A stretch of 64,000 nt of DNA, from contig JAPDFW010000054.1 of the NCBI GenBank assembly GCA_028826165.1, positions 186,001 to 250,000 of the forward strand, in the 5' to 3' direction. Below, piece after piece: positions 1-12,110 of this stretch (positions are counted from its first letter, which is position 1; the number at the start of each line of letters is the position of its first letter). Both the position numbers and the translations under genes were made by a program. The DNA is from Anaeramoeba ignava BMAN (taxonomy: Eukaryota; Protista; Anaeramoebae). The notes under the pieces were generated by a model. That model was not told the origin of the DNA. It made no database searches and saw nothing but the letters and a program-made list of their open reading frames with translations.

Positions 1-140
1 ATTTTGATTTTGAATTTTGATTTTAATTTTAATTTTGATTTTGATTTTGATTTTGATTTTGATTTTGATTTTGATTTTGATTTTGATTTTGATTTTGATT
101 TTGATTTTGATTTTGATTTTGATTTTGATTTTGATTTTAT
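1..140. repeat. (GATTTT/AATTTT)n hexamer microsatellite inside CTL intron 2
   Basis: Directly visible; the GT donor is at 143-142 on the minus strand. Confidence 0.95.
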
Positions 141-143
141 TAC

Positions 144-1999
144 CATTGCTGGATATTTTTGAAGAGTTCTAGTAACAAAAGTTAATAAAAGAGCTGAAAA
201 TGGAATTCTTCTTGCCCAAGCTCGATAAACAAGAATTGAAATAACAAAGAAAACAAGGAAAATAATACCTCCAACAATAGATCCCAAAACAAACATAGCA
301 ATAGCAAGAATTCCAATAAAAAGTATTCCCTTTTTTTGGATTTTGATTTTAATTTTAATTTTAATTTTGATTTTGATTTTGATTTTAATTTTGATTTTAA
401 TTTTGATTTTGATTTTGATTTTAATTTTAATTTTGATTTTAATTTTAATTTTGATTTTGATTTTGATTTTAATTTTGATTTTGATTTTGATTTTTATTTT
501 AATTTTAATTTTGATTTTGATTTTAATTTTAATTTTAATTTTGATTTTGATTTTGATTTTGATTTTGATTTTGATTTTAATTTTAATTTTAATTTTAATT
601 TTAATTTTAATTTTGATTTTGATTTTGATTTTGTTTTTGATTTTAATTTTGTTTTTGATTTTGTTTTTGATTTTAATTTTGATTTTAATTTTGATTTTAA
701 TTTTAATTTTAATTTTGATTTTGATTTTGATTTTGATTTTGATTTTAATTTTAATTTTGATTTTGTTTTTGATTTTAATTTTGATTTTAAATTTTAATTT
801 TAATTTTGATTTTGTTTTTGTTTTTGATTTTAATTTTGATTTTAATTTTGATTTTGATTTTAATTTTAATTTTGATTTTGATTTTGATTTTAATTTTGAT
901 TTTGATTTTAATTTTGATTTTGATTTTGATTTTAATTTTGATTTTGATTTTAATTTTGATTTTGATTTTGATTTTAATTTTGATTTTGATTTTGATTTTA
1001 ATTTTGATTTTAATTTTGATTTTAATTTTAATTTTAATTTTAATTTTAATTTTAATTTTAATTTTAATTTTGATTTTGATTTTAATTTTAATTTTGATTT
1101 TGATTTTGATTTTGATTTTGATTTTGATTTTAATTTTAATTTTGATTTTGATTTTGATTTTGATTTTGATTTTGATTTTGATTTTGATTTTGATTTTAAT
1201 TTTCATTTTGATTTTGATTTTGATTTTAATTTTAATTTTAATTTTAATTTTGATTTTGTTTTTGTTTTTGATTTTAATTTTGATTTTGATTTTGATTTTA
1301 ATTTTAATTTTAATTTTAATTTTGATTTTTGAATTTTAATTTTGATTTTGATTTTGATTTTAATTTTGATTTAAATTTTACAGAAAGTAAAGTAAATTTA
1401 AGCAATCCTTTAGCATATTTTTTCATTAATTGAATCCATATCCAAGAACCAATAACAGCAGAAAGAATAGAAATTGAGAATGTAATCCAAATGAATTTTG
1501 CAGAATAAGTTTTATTATCATCTGGATGATAATCCGAAGAATTAGATTTAAATTTCAAAGTTAAAACGAATAAAACAACAAGATGAGCAATAAAAAGGAC
1601 AGAAGCCCAAACATCATTGAATTTATGAGTTTTAAATTTCTCTCCAAGATCTTGATCGCCATGAGATTGTGAGGAGTTGAATTTTGAAGGGTTTTCAAGA
1701 TCTTTGTGATACTGGTTCATTTGGTTCGTTTGGTTCATTTCATGTTGTTGGTTCATTTGTGGTTCTTGATAGTATTCCTGGTTCATTTCTGGATGAGGAT
1801 AGAATTGTGGATTTAATGGCGGTTGTTGATGATATGGGTTGTTCATGTTCCCTTGTTGATACGGTTGATATACTGGCCCATATGCTGGTTGATACATCCC
1901 TGTTTGTTGCCGCATTGTTGGATCAATTAATGGTTGATTTTGTGATTCTGGATCATATGGTTCATATTCTTCTGGTGACGTTGTTTCTTCTTTGGACAT
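144..1999 (-). CDS. Choline transporter-like (CTL/SLC44/Pns1) membrane protein, 3'-partial; exons 1999-1382 and 329-144, continuing beyond the window start
   Basis: P/Q/Y-rich N-terminus, then KFNDVWASVLFIAHL and TM helices. A GT-AG splice joins in frame to an exon reading GILFIGILAI...WARRIPFSALLLTFVTRTLQKYPAM (RIPF...YP is typical of CTL/Pns1). Confidence 0.85.
336..1376. repeat. (GATTTT/AATTTT)n hexamer microsatellite filling CTL intron 1 (330-1381)
   Basis: About 1 kb of uninterrupted hexamers between the donor and the acceptor. Confidence 0.95.
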
Positions 2000-2095
2000 T
2001 TTTGGTTTGTTGAAAATTTTTAAAAATAAAAAATGATAAAAATAATAAAAAAAAAAGGAAAAAAATGAATTTCATCAAATTATTTTTTTTTTTTG

Positions 2096-2925
2096 GATTT
2101 TAATTTTGATTTTAAATTTAATTTTAATTTTAATTTTAATTTTAATTTTAATTTTAATTTTGATTTTGATTTTGATTTTAATTTTAATTTTGATTTTGAT
2201 TTTGATTTTGATTTTAATTTTGATTTTAATTTTGATTTTGATTTTCGATTTTCATTTTAATTTTAATTTTAATTTTAATTTTAATTTTGATTTTAATTTT
2301 AATTTTAATTTTAATTTTAATTTTAATTTTAATTTTAATTTTAATTTTAATTTTAATTTTGATTTTAATTTTGATTTTAATTTTGATTTTGATTTTGATT
2401 TTGATTTTGATTTTAATTTTAATTTTGATTTTAATTTTTAATTTTAATTTTGATTTTGATTTTTAATTTTGATTTTAATTTTGATTTTTAATTTTGATTT
2501 TTGATTTTAATTTTGATTTGATTTTAATTTTAATTTTAATTTTTAATTTTATTTTGATTTTGATTTTGATTTTGATTTTAATTTTGATTTTTAATTTTAA
2601 TTTTAATTTTTAATTTTGATTTTAATTTTGATTTTAATTTTGATTTTGATTTTAATTTTAATTTTGATTTTGATTTTGATTTTAATTTTAATTTTAATTT
2701 TGATTTTGATTTTAATTTTGATTTTAATTTTGATTTTAATTTTGATTTTGATTTTGATTTTGATTTTAATTTTAATTTTGATTTTGATTTTGATTTTGAT
2801 TTTGATTTTGAATTTGATTTTGATTTTGATTTTGATTTTGATTTTGATTTTGATTTTGATTTTAATTTAAATTTTAATTTTAATTTTAATTTTAATTTTA
2901 ATTTTGATTTTGATTTTGATTTTTT
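2096..2925. repeat. Intergenic (GATTTT/AATTTT)n microsatellite
   Basis: Directly visible. Confidence 0.95.
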
Positions 2926-3025
2926 TGTTTTATTTCTGTTTTGGTTTTTCAATTTGATTTGAAAAAAAAATGAAAGAATGAAAGAAAGAAAGAAAAAAGT
3001 GGAATTGGGAAAAAAAATATTTTGC

Positions 3026-3616
3026 TCATTTTCTTCTTGGAGTCAAAAATAAAATAGCATGAGCAATAATAGGAATAAGAGCTAAAAATGTGAAAATAAA
3101 AGCTGATTTTTTTGCTAATATTAATAAAAGAAAAGAGAAAACTAAAAAGAAAAAAAGAAAAAAAGAAAAAAAGAAAAAATTCAATTAAAAAATTCAATTA
3201 AAAAATTCAATTAAAAAATTCAATTAAAAAATTCAATTAAAAAATTCAATTAAAAAATTCAATTAAAAAATTCAATTAAAAAATTCAATTAAAAAATTCA
3301 AATAAAAAAACAAACTTCCAACAACTAAATAATGAGCAATCTTCTTTGTAATCTTAAAGTTCATAACTTTTAAATCTCTTCCTTTGTTATGAATGAAATA
3401 GAAATAGTATAAACCGCCAGCAATTAAAGGAGAAAGTGCAACAACTGGTTTTGAAAGAATAAGAAAAACTAAAAAAATAAGTGAAATCATTGTGTAATTT
3501 CCACACCAATATTTTATGTTTTCTTTCAATCTGGGCATAATTTCATCTCCAGTTGGTGGTTGAAATCCTTTTGTAAATTGACTCCATGGTTTCATTTGAA
3601 AATTGCAGTTTTCCAT
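3026..3616 (-). CDS. PRA1: PRA1 family (prenylated Rab acceptor) protein; exons 3616-3316 and 3141-3026
   Basis: MKPWSQF...RLKENIKYWCGNY matches the PRA1 PW..F...R...N..Y...NY signature. Spliced exon 2 gives IFSFLLLILAKKSAFIFTFLALIPIIAHAILFLTPRRK* with the conserved HA. Confidence 0.88.
3175..3305. repeat. 13-bp tandem repeat (TTCAATTAAAAAA), about 10 copies, in the PRA1 intron
   Basis: Directly visible. Confidence 0.9.
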
Positions 3617-3944
3617 TTTTATTGTTGAAAAATTTGAAAAGAAGGAAAAAAATGAAATTTTCTTTTTTTTTTTTTTAAATTAATAATTAAAAAAGGAACT
3701 TTTTTTATTTAAATTTTTTGAAAGGAAAAGGAAAACAAAAAATAAAAATAAAAAATAAAAAAGTGGAATTAAGTTCAAAATAAATTTAATTATAATTAAA
3801 TCCAAATTTAATTTGTTTTTTATTTAAATTTTTTGAAAGGAAAATCAAAAAATAAAAAAAAATATTTTGTTTTGGATTGATTTTATTTGGAAATTTTTGA
3901 GAATTCATTACTTAATGATTCTAGTTCGAAATATTAATTAAAAT

Positions 3945-6900
3945 TTATAAAATGATGCAAGGACAAAATTTGTTAATTTTTAGATTAAATTGATTTGATT
4001 GATTTGGATATTTTTGTGATATTTTTGGATTATCTGGTTCTTTAGAATTATCTGTATCTATATATTTATTTATTTTTATTTGATTGATTTGATTTTTATT
4101 TATTTTGATTTGTATCATAATTAAAATAATTTAATTGATTTGAATGATTTTGATTTGTATATTTTTGTAATATTTTTGGATTATCTACTTCTTGCAAATT
4201 ATTTTCTTCAAAATTAGAATTATATGTATCAGTATCTGTTATAAATTCATCTGAAAGAGAATCATCATTTGGTTGTTTTGTTTGATTTGATTTAGTTTGA
4301 TTTGATTTTTTTGTTTGATTTGATTTATTTTGATTTGATTTAGTTTGATTTGATTGATTTGATTTAGTTTGATTTGATTTATTTTGATTTGATTGATTTG
4401 ATTGATTTGATTTATTTTGATTTGGATATTTTTGTAATATTTTTGGATTATCTATTTCTTGCAAATTATTTTCTTCAAAATTAGAATTATCTGTATCTAT
4501 ATCTGTTATAAATTCATTACTTGATTGATTTGAATTATTTGATTGATTTTGATTTGTATATTGTTGTAATATTTTTGAATTATTTACTTCTTGCAAATTA
4601 TTTTCTTCAAAATTAGAATTATCTATATCTGTATCTTTTATAAAATGATTTGGATTTAGATTTCCAGTTTTCGAAATTTCTTTTAATATTTGGGATTTTT
4701 TTGGTGGTGTAGGTTTAATTATATATTGATTTAAATATTTTTGTGAAATAATTTGATTTATTTCTTTTTGGAAAATTCTTTTCTTTTTTTGTTTTTGTAA
4801 ATTTTGTTTGATAATTTTTAAAATTTCTTTTGAATTTGCATTTGCTTTTGCTTTAGAAAATATCTGGTTCAATTTCTGTATATAATTATTAATTATATAT
4901 TCATCTTCTATTAATTCAAAAATGAATTTGATACTAATTTCAATAAATTTCTTTACATTTCCTTTTTTAATCATTTCATCATTTTCAATTAATATTTCTT
5001 GATAATTTTCAATTAAATCTTTGGAAAGTTCTAAATTTTCTTTTTCTAAATAAAATCTTTCTTCTTTTGTTATGTTTAAATTATTTTTGTTTGTATTTGT
5101 TTGTATTTCTTGTATTTCTTGATTTTTTGCTTTGTAAATAAGTATATAAGCTGAACATCCATATTTATTTGAATATTTACTTTTCTTTTCTTTTTGTCTC
5201 CAAAACAAATACTTTCAAAATAATTCATATTAAATTGTGATACTGTTGAATCATTAAATTCAATCCATTTACTTCCTTCATTTTCTTTGATAAGTGAATA
5301 ATAATGCCCTGAATATGTACTTCCACAATGAACAATAACTCCAACAAGTTCATATTGATATTCTTGTTTTTGATTTTGATTTTGATTTTTTGATTCTTCA
5401 ATAATATTTTCAAAAATTTTATTCTTTCTTCTTCTTTTTTGGTTCTTTTTTTTCTTTTGATTCATTTTTAATAATTCTTTTTTTGTTTGAAATGCAAACC
5501 ATTCTCTTGTATATTTCTCCATATTTAATTCTTTGGGAAATTCAAAATAATCATTTACTTTAAATCTTCTGTTTGTTCGATAATTGTAATCAAATCTTTT
5601 TAATTGGAAAATCATATACTTGGGAAGTTTTTTGAAATATACAAATTTATTGGTATCAACTTTTCTTTTCAATTTTAAACTTAAATATTGGTTTTTCCCT
5701 TTTAATGCTTCTTTGGAAGTGTACGAGTCAAGTGATTCTATTAATCCTGTTTTCCCTAAAATATCAATACTTATTGTAAAAAATTCTTCATCAACTTCTT
5801 CTAAATCTCCTGTTTCAATTATATCCATTAAATTCATTGATATTCCTCCAAAATTTTCATTCAAAATATTTTTTTCTTTTCGATCATTTAATTGTTCTGT
5901 AATTAAATCAAATAAACAATTTAAAAATTCACTTGCATCTTTCTGTTCTCCACTTCTTAATTTTTCTCCCCAAAAACTAAAATTATTTGCGAAATTTCTT
6001 GTATTTACACTTTTTCTTCCATTTGATTCTGAAAGTTCTCTTAATATTTTATGGAAATATGCGAATGCTATAAAGTTTGAATCTAATTTTTCTTTTTCTT
6101 TTTTCATTTCAAAAATATCAATAGAAATTATTTTGTTTCTGAATTCAGGAATCATAAATAATTGTTGAAGTGTTGAATTCATATAACAAGTTGCTCCAAT
6201 ATTTGTTAATCCTGAATATTGCCTTTTTGATTTAATTTTATTTTTTGATTTTAATTTTTTTAATTCATTTTTTGATAAAAAGTATTGAATAATTTCTTGA
6301 AAATTAGTTATTAAATTAAATAATTGGATTTGATTATTTTTGTTTGTTTTGGAAATTTCAATAATTAAATCAAATGCTTTTCTTCGATTTTCTTTTTCAA
6401 TTAATTTGGGATAATAAAATTGAATTTGTATTTTTTTTGGATTTGATATAAAATTAAATAAGCAATTTGTGAAAATTTCTTGAATTATTGAATAATATTC
6501 ATTTGTTATATTCATTTTTTTATTTTCTTCAATTAGTATTCTTATCATTTCAATATAATTTTTAATCATATTTTCTTCTTTTTCTTCTTTTATCATTTCT
6601 GTTATTTTCTTGATAATAATATTGGTTGATAATTTTGTTGTTAATTCATTTCTAAATTTTATTAACTCTTTGATTAAATTAAAATAGTTTTCATAATTTT
6701 CTTTTCTTATATAATCTGTTTTTTTGATTAAATCAAATAATGTTTTATATGGATTTTCTAATATAGATATTAATTTTGTTGCATTAATTGATTGTTCTTT
6801 TTTTTGTAACTTAATATTCTCTTCAAAAATTTTAATTATTATTTGATTCATTATTTCTTGAAATTCTTTATCATTACAATAAAATATTGTTTTTTTAATA

Positions 6901-9900
6901 ATTTCATTGATATTTTCTATTGAAAATATTTGATTAATCCAATATTTTCTTTCTTCTCCACTTAAACATTCATTTCTAATAATATTTAAACAATTTATTG
7001 CAATAATTCTACTTTTTATCTTTATTTCGTTATTTTTCTTTTGTGAATATTGATTATTATAATTTGAATTAAGATTTAGAAAATTGATAATCATTATTCT
7101 AATAACTTCAAAAAGTTTTTAATCTTTTCTTTACCAACTATTAATTTTTGATTTGTTTTTATCAATAACTAATTCATTTAAATTATTCAATAATAATAAT
7201 TGATATTCAAGAATTTTCTTATTCTTTATTTCTTCTTGATTAATTGTGGAAATATTAATAATTTCTTCTATCAAGAAAATGATAAATTCTTCATTTATAT
7301 TCTCTAATTTCATTATTTTCATTTTAATTTCTTCAATTATTTTCGTTAAAATTTTAAGTTTATAAAGATACTGAAAAGAATTTATTTTTCCAAATTCTTT
7401 TCTGATTTCTTCTTTGGTAAAATTTCCTTTTAATAAATTTGAAATATTTTCTAAATATTTAGGATTTAATGGAATTTTTGAAATTAATTCTATTATTGAT
7501 TTTTGGATATATTTTTCTTGATTTTCTTCTTTTTCTAATAAATTAAATAACAATTCAAAATATTCTATCAAAATATAACTTGGTGTTTTTTCTTTTTCAA
7601 TTCTTTTTAAATTTGGATATTGATTTGGAATTTGATTTGAACATTCAATAAAAATTATTGGATTGGAATATAAATGTATTTCTTCAACAGTTTTTGATAA
7701 TTAGATTTATTAATTTGAGGATGTGATTTGATTTGATATTCTGTTTCTTTCTTTTGAATTTTCTCTTCAATCTTTTTTATTAAAGAATATACATTTTCTT
7801 GATTTGAAATTTCAATTTCAATTTCAATTTCATTTTCATTTAAATAATATATTTTTGGATTTTGTTCCAAAATGATTAATTTAACTTTAAATTTTAAATC
7901 TTTTTCAATAAATTTAATAAATTTGGTTAATTCAATAACATTTCGAAAAATTATTTTTTCTTTTTCTTTTTCTTTTTCTTTTTTCATTTCTGAAATACAT
8001 TTTTGAATGAATTCTTTATAATAAATTTCTGTAAAATTTGTTTTGTTATAATTGTAATTTTTTTGAAAATTATTTAAACAATCATCAATACATTCTTCAA
8101 AAAATTTTTCATTTTCAATTTCCATTTCATTTTCAATTTCCATTTCATTTTCAATTTCATTTTCAATTTCATTTTCATTTTCATTTTCATTTTCAATTTC
8201 AATAATTCTTTTTAATATTTGTTTCCAATATTCAAAAGTTAATTTTATAAGTTCATTTTTTGGATTTGAATTTAATGCTTTGAAAAAATAATCAATTTCA
8301 ATTCCATTTTTTTCATAATTAATTCTAAAATTTTTAATCCAATTTAAAAATATTTCTTTTTGCTTTTGTTTTTCTTGGAATTTAAATGCAATTTCAAAAA
8401 AAAGAATATCAATTTGATTTTTAATTTTTTTTTCTATTTCATTTTCGATCTGTTTCTTCTTGTTTTTATTTTATGTTTTTTTAAATTAGAATTAGAATTT
8501 TTTTTTTTTTTATTTTTATTTTTTGAGAATTTACATTTGAATTTTCCAAACTTCTTAAAAATAAAATTATTTTTTTTGAAATTTGATTAATTTCTTTTTG
8601 TATTTCTTCTCCAAAAATAATTTTCATAATTTTTTCTGAAGGAAAATCATTAATAAATATTCTATTGTTTTTTTTTTTAAATTAGAATTAAAATTAGAAT
8701 TTAAATTAAATTTAAAATAAATTTACTCTTCAAAACCATATAAATTATTATTTGATAATTTATCAAATTTTTCATTTTCAATTTTTGAAATTATTTGTTG
8801 AAGTTTTTCTAATGATTTAAATTGTAAAGATGTATTTTTGGATTCTGAAAAATTGATTGCAATTTTTTTTTGAATAAATATTTCAAAATTTAAATATTTT
8901 TTATTTTCTTTTTCTGCTCTTTCAATTATTTTCAATAATTCTAAAATCAATCCTTCATTCGAATCAAGTTTTTCCAATTTTCCAAAAAATTCAATAAATT
9001 TGAAAATAATAAATTGAATGAAACTTGAAATTAAATTAAGAAATTCATTGGAAAATATTTTTGAAATCTTTTTTTGTTTTTAATTTTTAATAATAATTTT
9101 TAATAATAATTTTTAATAATAATTTTTACTTTTGTTATTAAATCTAAATAATTTCTATCAATAAATTCTGTTATTTCAAATAAATTTGTTGAAAGATTTG
9201 AAAGGAGAAAACAAATTATTTTTTCAAATCCTCTAATTCTTAAAAAATATTCAATATTTTCTTTTAATAAAATAGGATAATCTTTTAATTCTTCATTCTT
9301 TTTTAATTAAATAAATTAATTAAATTTAAAAAAAATATTATTATTATCTTTTTGATATTAATAGATAAATAAATTTTACTTCTATAAATTTAAATTTTTC
9401 AATATTTTCTTTTATTATTCTTCTTTTTTCAATTTTAAAAATATTTTCAAATGGTTTATTATATAATTCTTCTGGATTTTGTTTCCAAAATGAAAGGAAA
9501 TTTCCCTATTTTTATTTTTTGATTTATAAATAATATAAAAAGAGAATTTTTCAATCAATTTATTTATTAATAAAAAAATTTTTACTTACATTTTCATAAG
9601 TTTTAATTCCTGTTTCATAATTAATTGGAAAATAATCATAAAAACAATTCTTTTCAAAATTAAAAATTAATAAAAGTGTTTTGGAAATTTCTTCGTTTTG
9701 TTCTTCAATTTTAAAGAAAATTAAATCAAGACATTTTTTAAAAAATTTTTGAATTTCTTTAATTTCTTCAATTTTTTCAGTTTTATTTTTCCAAATTTGA
9801 TAAACAATTCTATAAAAGAAATTATTTAAAAAATCTTCTTCTTCTTCTTTTCAAGTTTTTTATCAATTATTAGATTAATTTTCTCTTCAATTTCTTTAAT

Positions 9901-10000
9901 ATTTTATTTTTTTTTAAAAAAAAATTTATTATTTAAAAAGAAATTAATTTTATTTATATTGTTTACCTTTTAAAGATGTATTTAAATTATTTAAATTCAT
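3945..10000 (-). CDS. Large ubiquitin-specific protease (USP9/24/34-like; peptidase C19), multi-exon, broken here by several 1-bp frameshifts
   Basis: Cys box GLTNIGATCYMNSTLQQLF, QKDASEF, His box YELVGVIVHCGSTYSGHYYS..WIEFNDS, and SAYILIY after a frameshift near 5200. The ATG at 10000 is followed by a GTAAAC donor. Upstream ORF fragments are co-oriented. Confidence 0.85.
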
Positions 10001-10153
10001 TTTTCTTTTTTGAATAAAAATAAAAAGGAAAAAAATGAAAAAAAAAAAAAGTGGATAAAAAAAAAAATTAAAAAACAAGAAAAGGAGAAAAAATAAATAA
10101 TTAAAATGAAAGGAGAATAAAAAGGAGAATAAATTTAAATTTTAATTTTAATT

Positions 10154-11925
10154 TTAATTTTGATTATTAAATTTGTTAATTAATAAATCAAATAAATTTG
10201 GATATGTTTCATTTAATTGAAAATAATCAATTCCAATTTGAATTTCATCAATGATTTCTTGTGTAATTTCAATTTCATCTTTAATTTGATTTGAATAAAT
10301 CCAATATTCAAATATTTGAAATGATTTATTACTTAATTCACTATAATCTGTAACTTTATTTGAAGTATCTTTTGTTACAGATAAAAACATTCCTCGATAT
10401 AATTCACTTCTCATTATTAATATTAATTTAGGAAATTTATATTGTTTTTCTTTTCTTTCAATTATAAAATCTTTTTCATTTTTATTTAAATAAATTCTTT
10501 TCATTGTTTCTTCAATTTTTTCATTTAAATTTATAATTTCTTTAATTTCACAATATAATTTTGGATTTATTATTCTGTTTGAATAAATCATTTCAAATAT
10601 TTGATTGGATTCTTTAATTGATTTTTTTGAAATAATTTCTTGAAGTTTTTCAATTTGATTTTGATTTTCATTTTGATTTAATCTATATTTTAATATTAAT
10701 TTATGAGCTTCAATTATTTCTCCATTTTTGGTTTTAAATGAAATATCACAAAATTCTTTTCTTCTAAATAGTTTTATCAAATCTTCTTCAAGATTGGAAA
10801 AAAAGAAGAATAATAAAGAAATGATTTATCAACTCCACAAGAAATATGATAATTAGAAATATTTTCATTAAATCTTAATTTAGGAATTTCAATTTGAATT
10901 GGAATTAATTGTGTTTTTGTATTTCCATTTCCTAATTCACCATAATAATTATATCCAAATACTATTAATTTTGAATTGGATGTTAAAATCAAAGTATGAG
11001 CATTTCCAACAGAAAAATCAAGAATATTATCATCATTTTCAAATAAAGATGATTTGATTTCAGTAAATTCATAAGTATCTTCATCTTCTTTCCCAAGTCC
11101 ATTAAATTGCCAATATCCACATGAATAAAGTTTTCTTTTTGGATTTTCATCTTCATTTTCAATCAACATTATTGAATGAACATATCCACATTGAATATCA
11201 ATTATTTTGCCTTTTGGAATATTTTGGATTTTGGTTAATTTTTGGATTTTTGTTTCTTCTTTTATTAATTCTCCTAATCCAACTTGACCATATTCATTAT
11301 CTCCACATACATATAATTCTTGATTTGAATTTAAAATAAAAACAGAACTTGAATCATTTCCTGAAAATATTTTAGAAACATTTTTCATCATTAAAATTGG
11401 TTTTTCTGTTTTTTTAAGTATTTTAGAATCAAAACCAAGTTGGCCAGAATAATTTGAGCCAATTCCATAAACATTTTTATTTGAAGTTAATAAGTAAATT
11501 GAACAAGCTCCAGAAACAATATCTTGAATTATTCTATCATTTTTATCTTCAATTAATGATGAAATATTGATAAATTCATTTGGATTATTTGGATTAATAT
11601 TATATCTTTTAGCAAATAAATTTCCTTCTTTTGTTAAAATAGCTTCATTTTCATGACCAACAGATACTTTTTGAATATTTTCTTCAATTTGGATTTTTGA
11701 AGGATTTTGATTTGAATCATTTTCTTTTAAATATTCTATTGCTTTTCCATTTTCAAAAAGGAAAATTATTGAAGAATAACCTGATGAAATTTATTTAATT
11801 TGTTTTTCATTTTCATTTTCATTTTCATTTTCAAATTTAAATTGAATTGGTTTTGTTATTTTATCTGGTTCATTTTTGATAAGTTTTGTGTCTTGATTTT
11901 CACCAAAAAATAAACAATCATTCAT
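10154..11925 (-). pseudogene. RCC1-repeat + tandem BTB protein paralog with an in-frame TAA (11791-11793) and a frameshift (~10800)
   Basis: Highly similar along its full length to 12111-13916. TAA replaces the paralog's CAA (QIKQIS), and the frameshift lies in an A-run. Confidence 0.7.
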
Positions 11926-12110
11926 TTTTGAAAAAGAAAAAAAATGAAAAAAATGAATTTTTAATTTTAATTTTAATTTTGATTTTGATTTTGATTTTGA
12001 TTTTAATTTTAATTTTAATTTTAATTTTAATTTTAATTTTAATTTTGATTTTGATTTTAATTTTAATTTTAATTTTAATTTTAATTTTAATTTTAATTTT
12101 AATTTTAATT

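Noticed and set aside
336-2952. Long ILILIL / DFDFNF / KIKIK ORFs (also at 14093-14850, 31906-32962, 50615-51272)
   Set aside because: Translations of stop-free hexamer microsatellites in introns, intergenic DNA or antisense to NQ tracts
11791-11793. TAA aligned with Gln, suggesting a TAA=Gln genetic code
   Set aside because: TAA terminates H2B, MBL, thioredoxin, OsmC and others, and SF3B1 has no in-frame TAA. A nonsense mutation or sequencing error is simpler.
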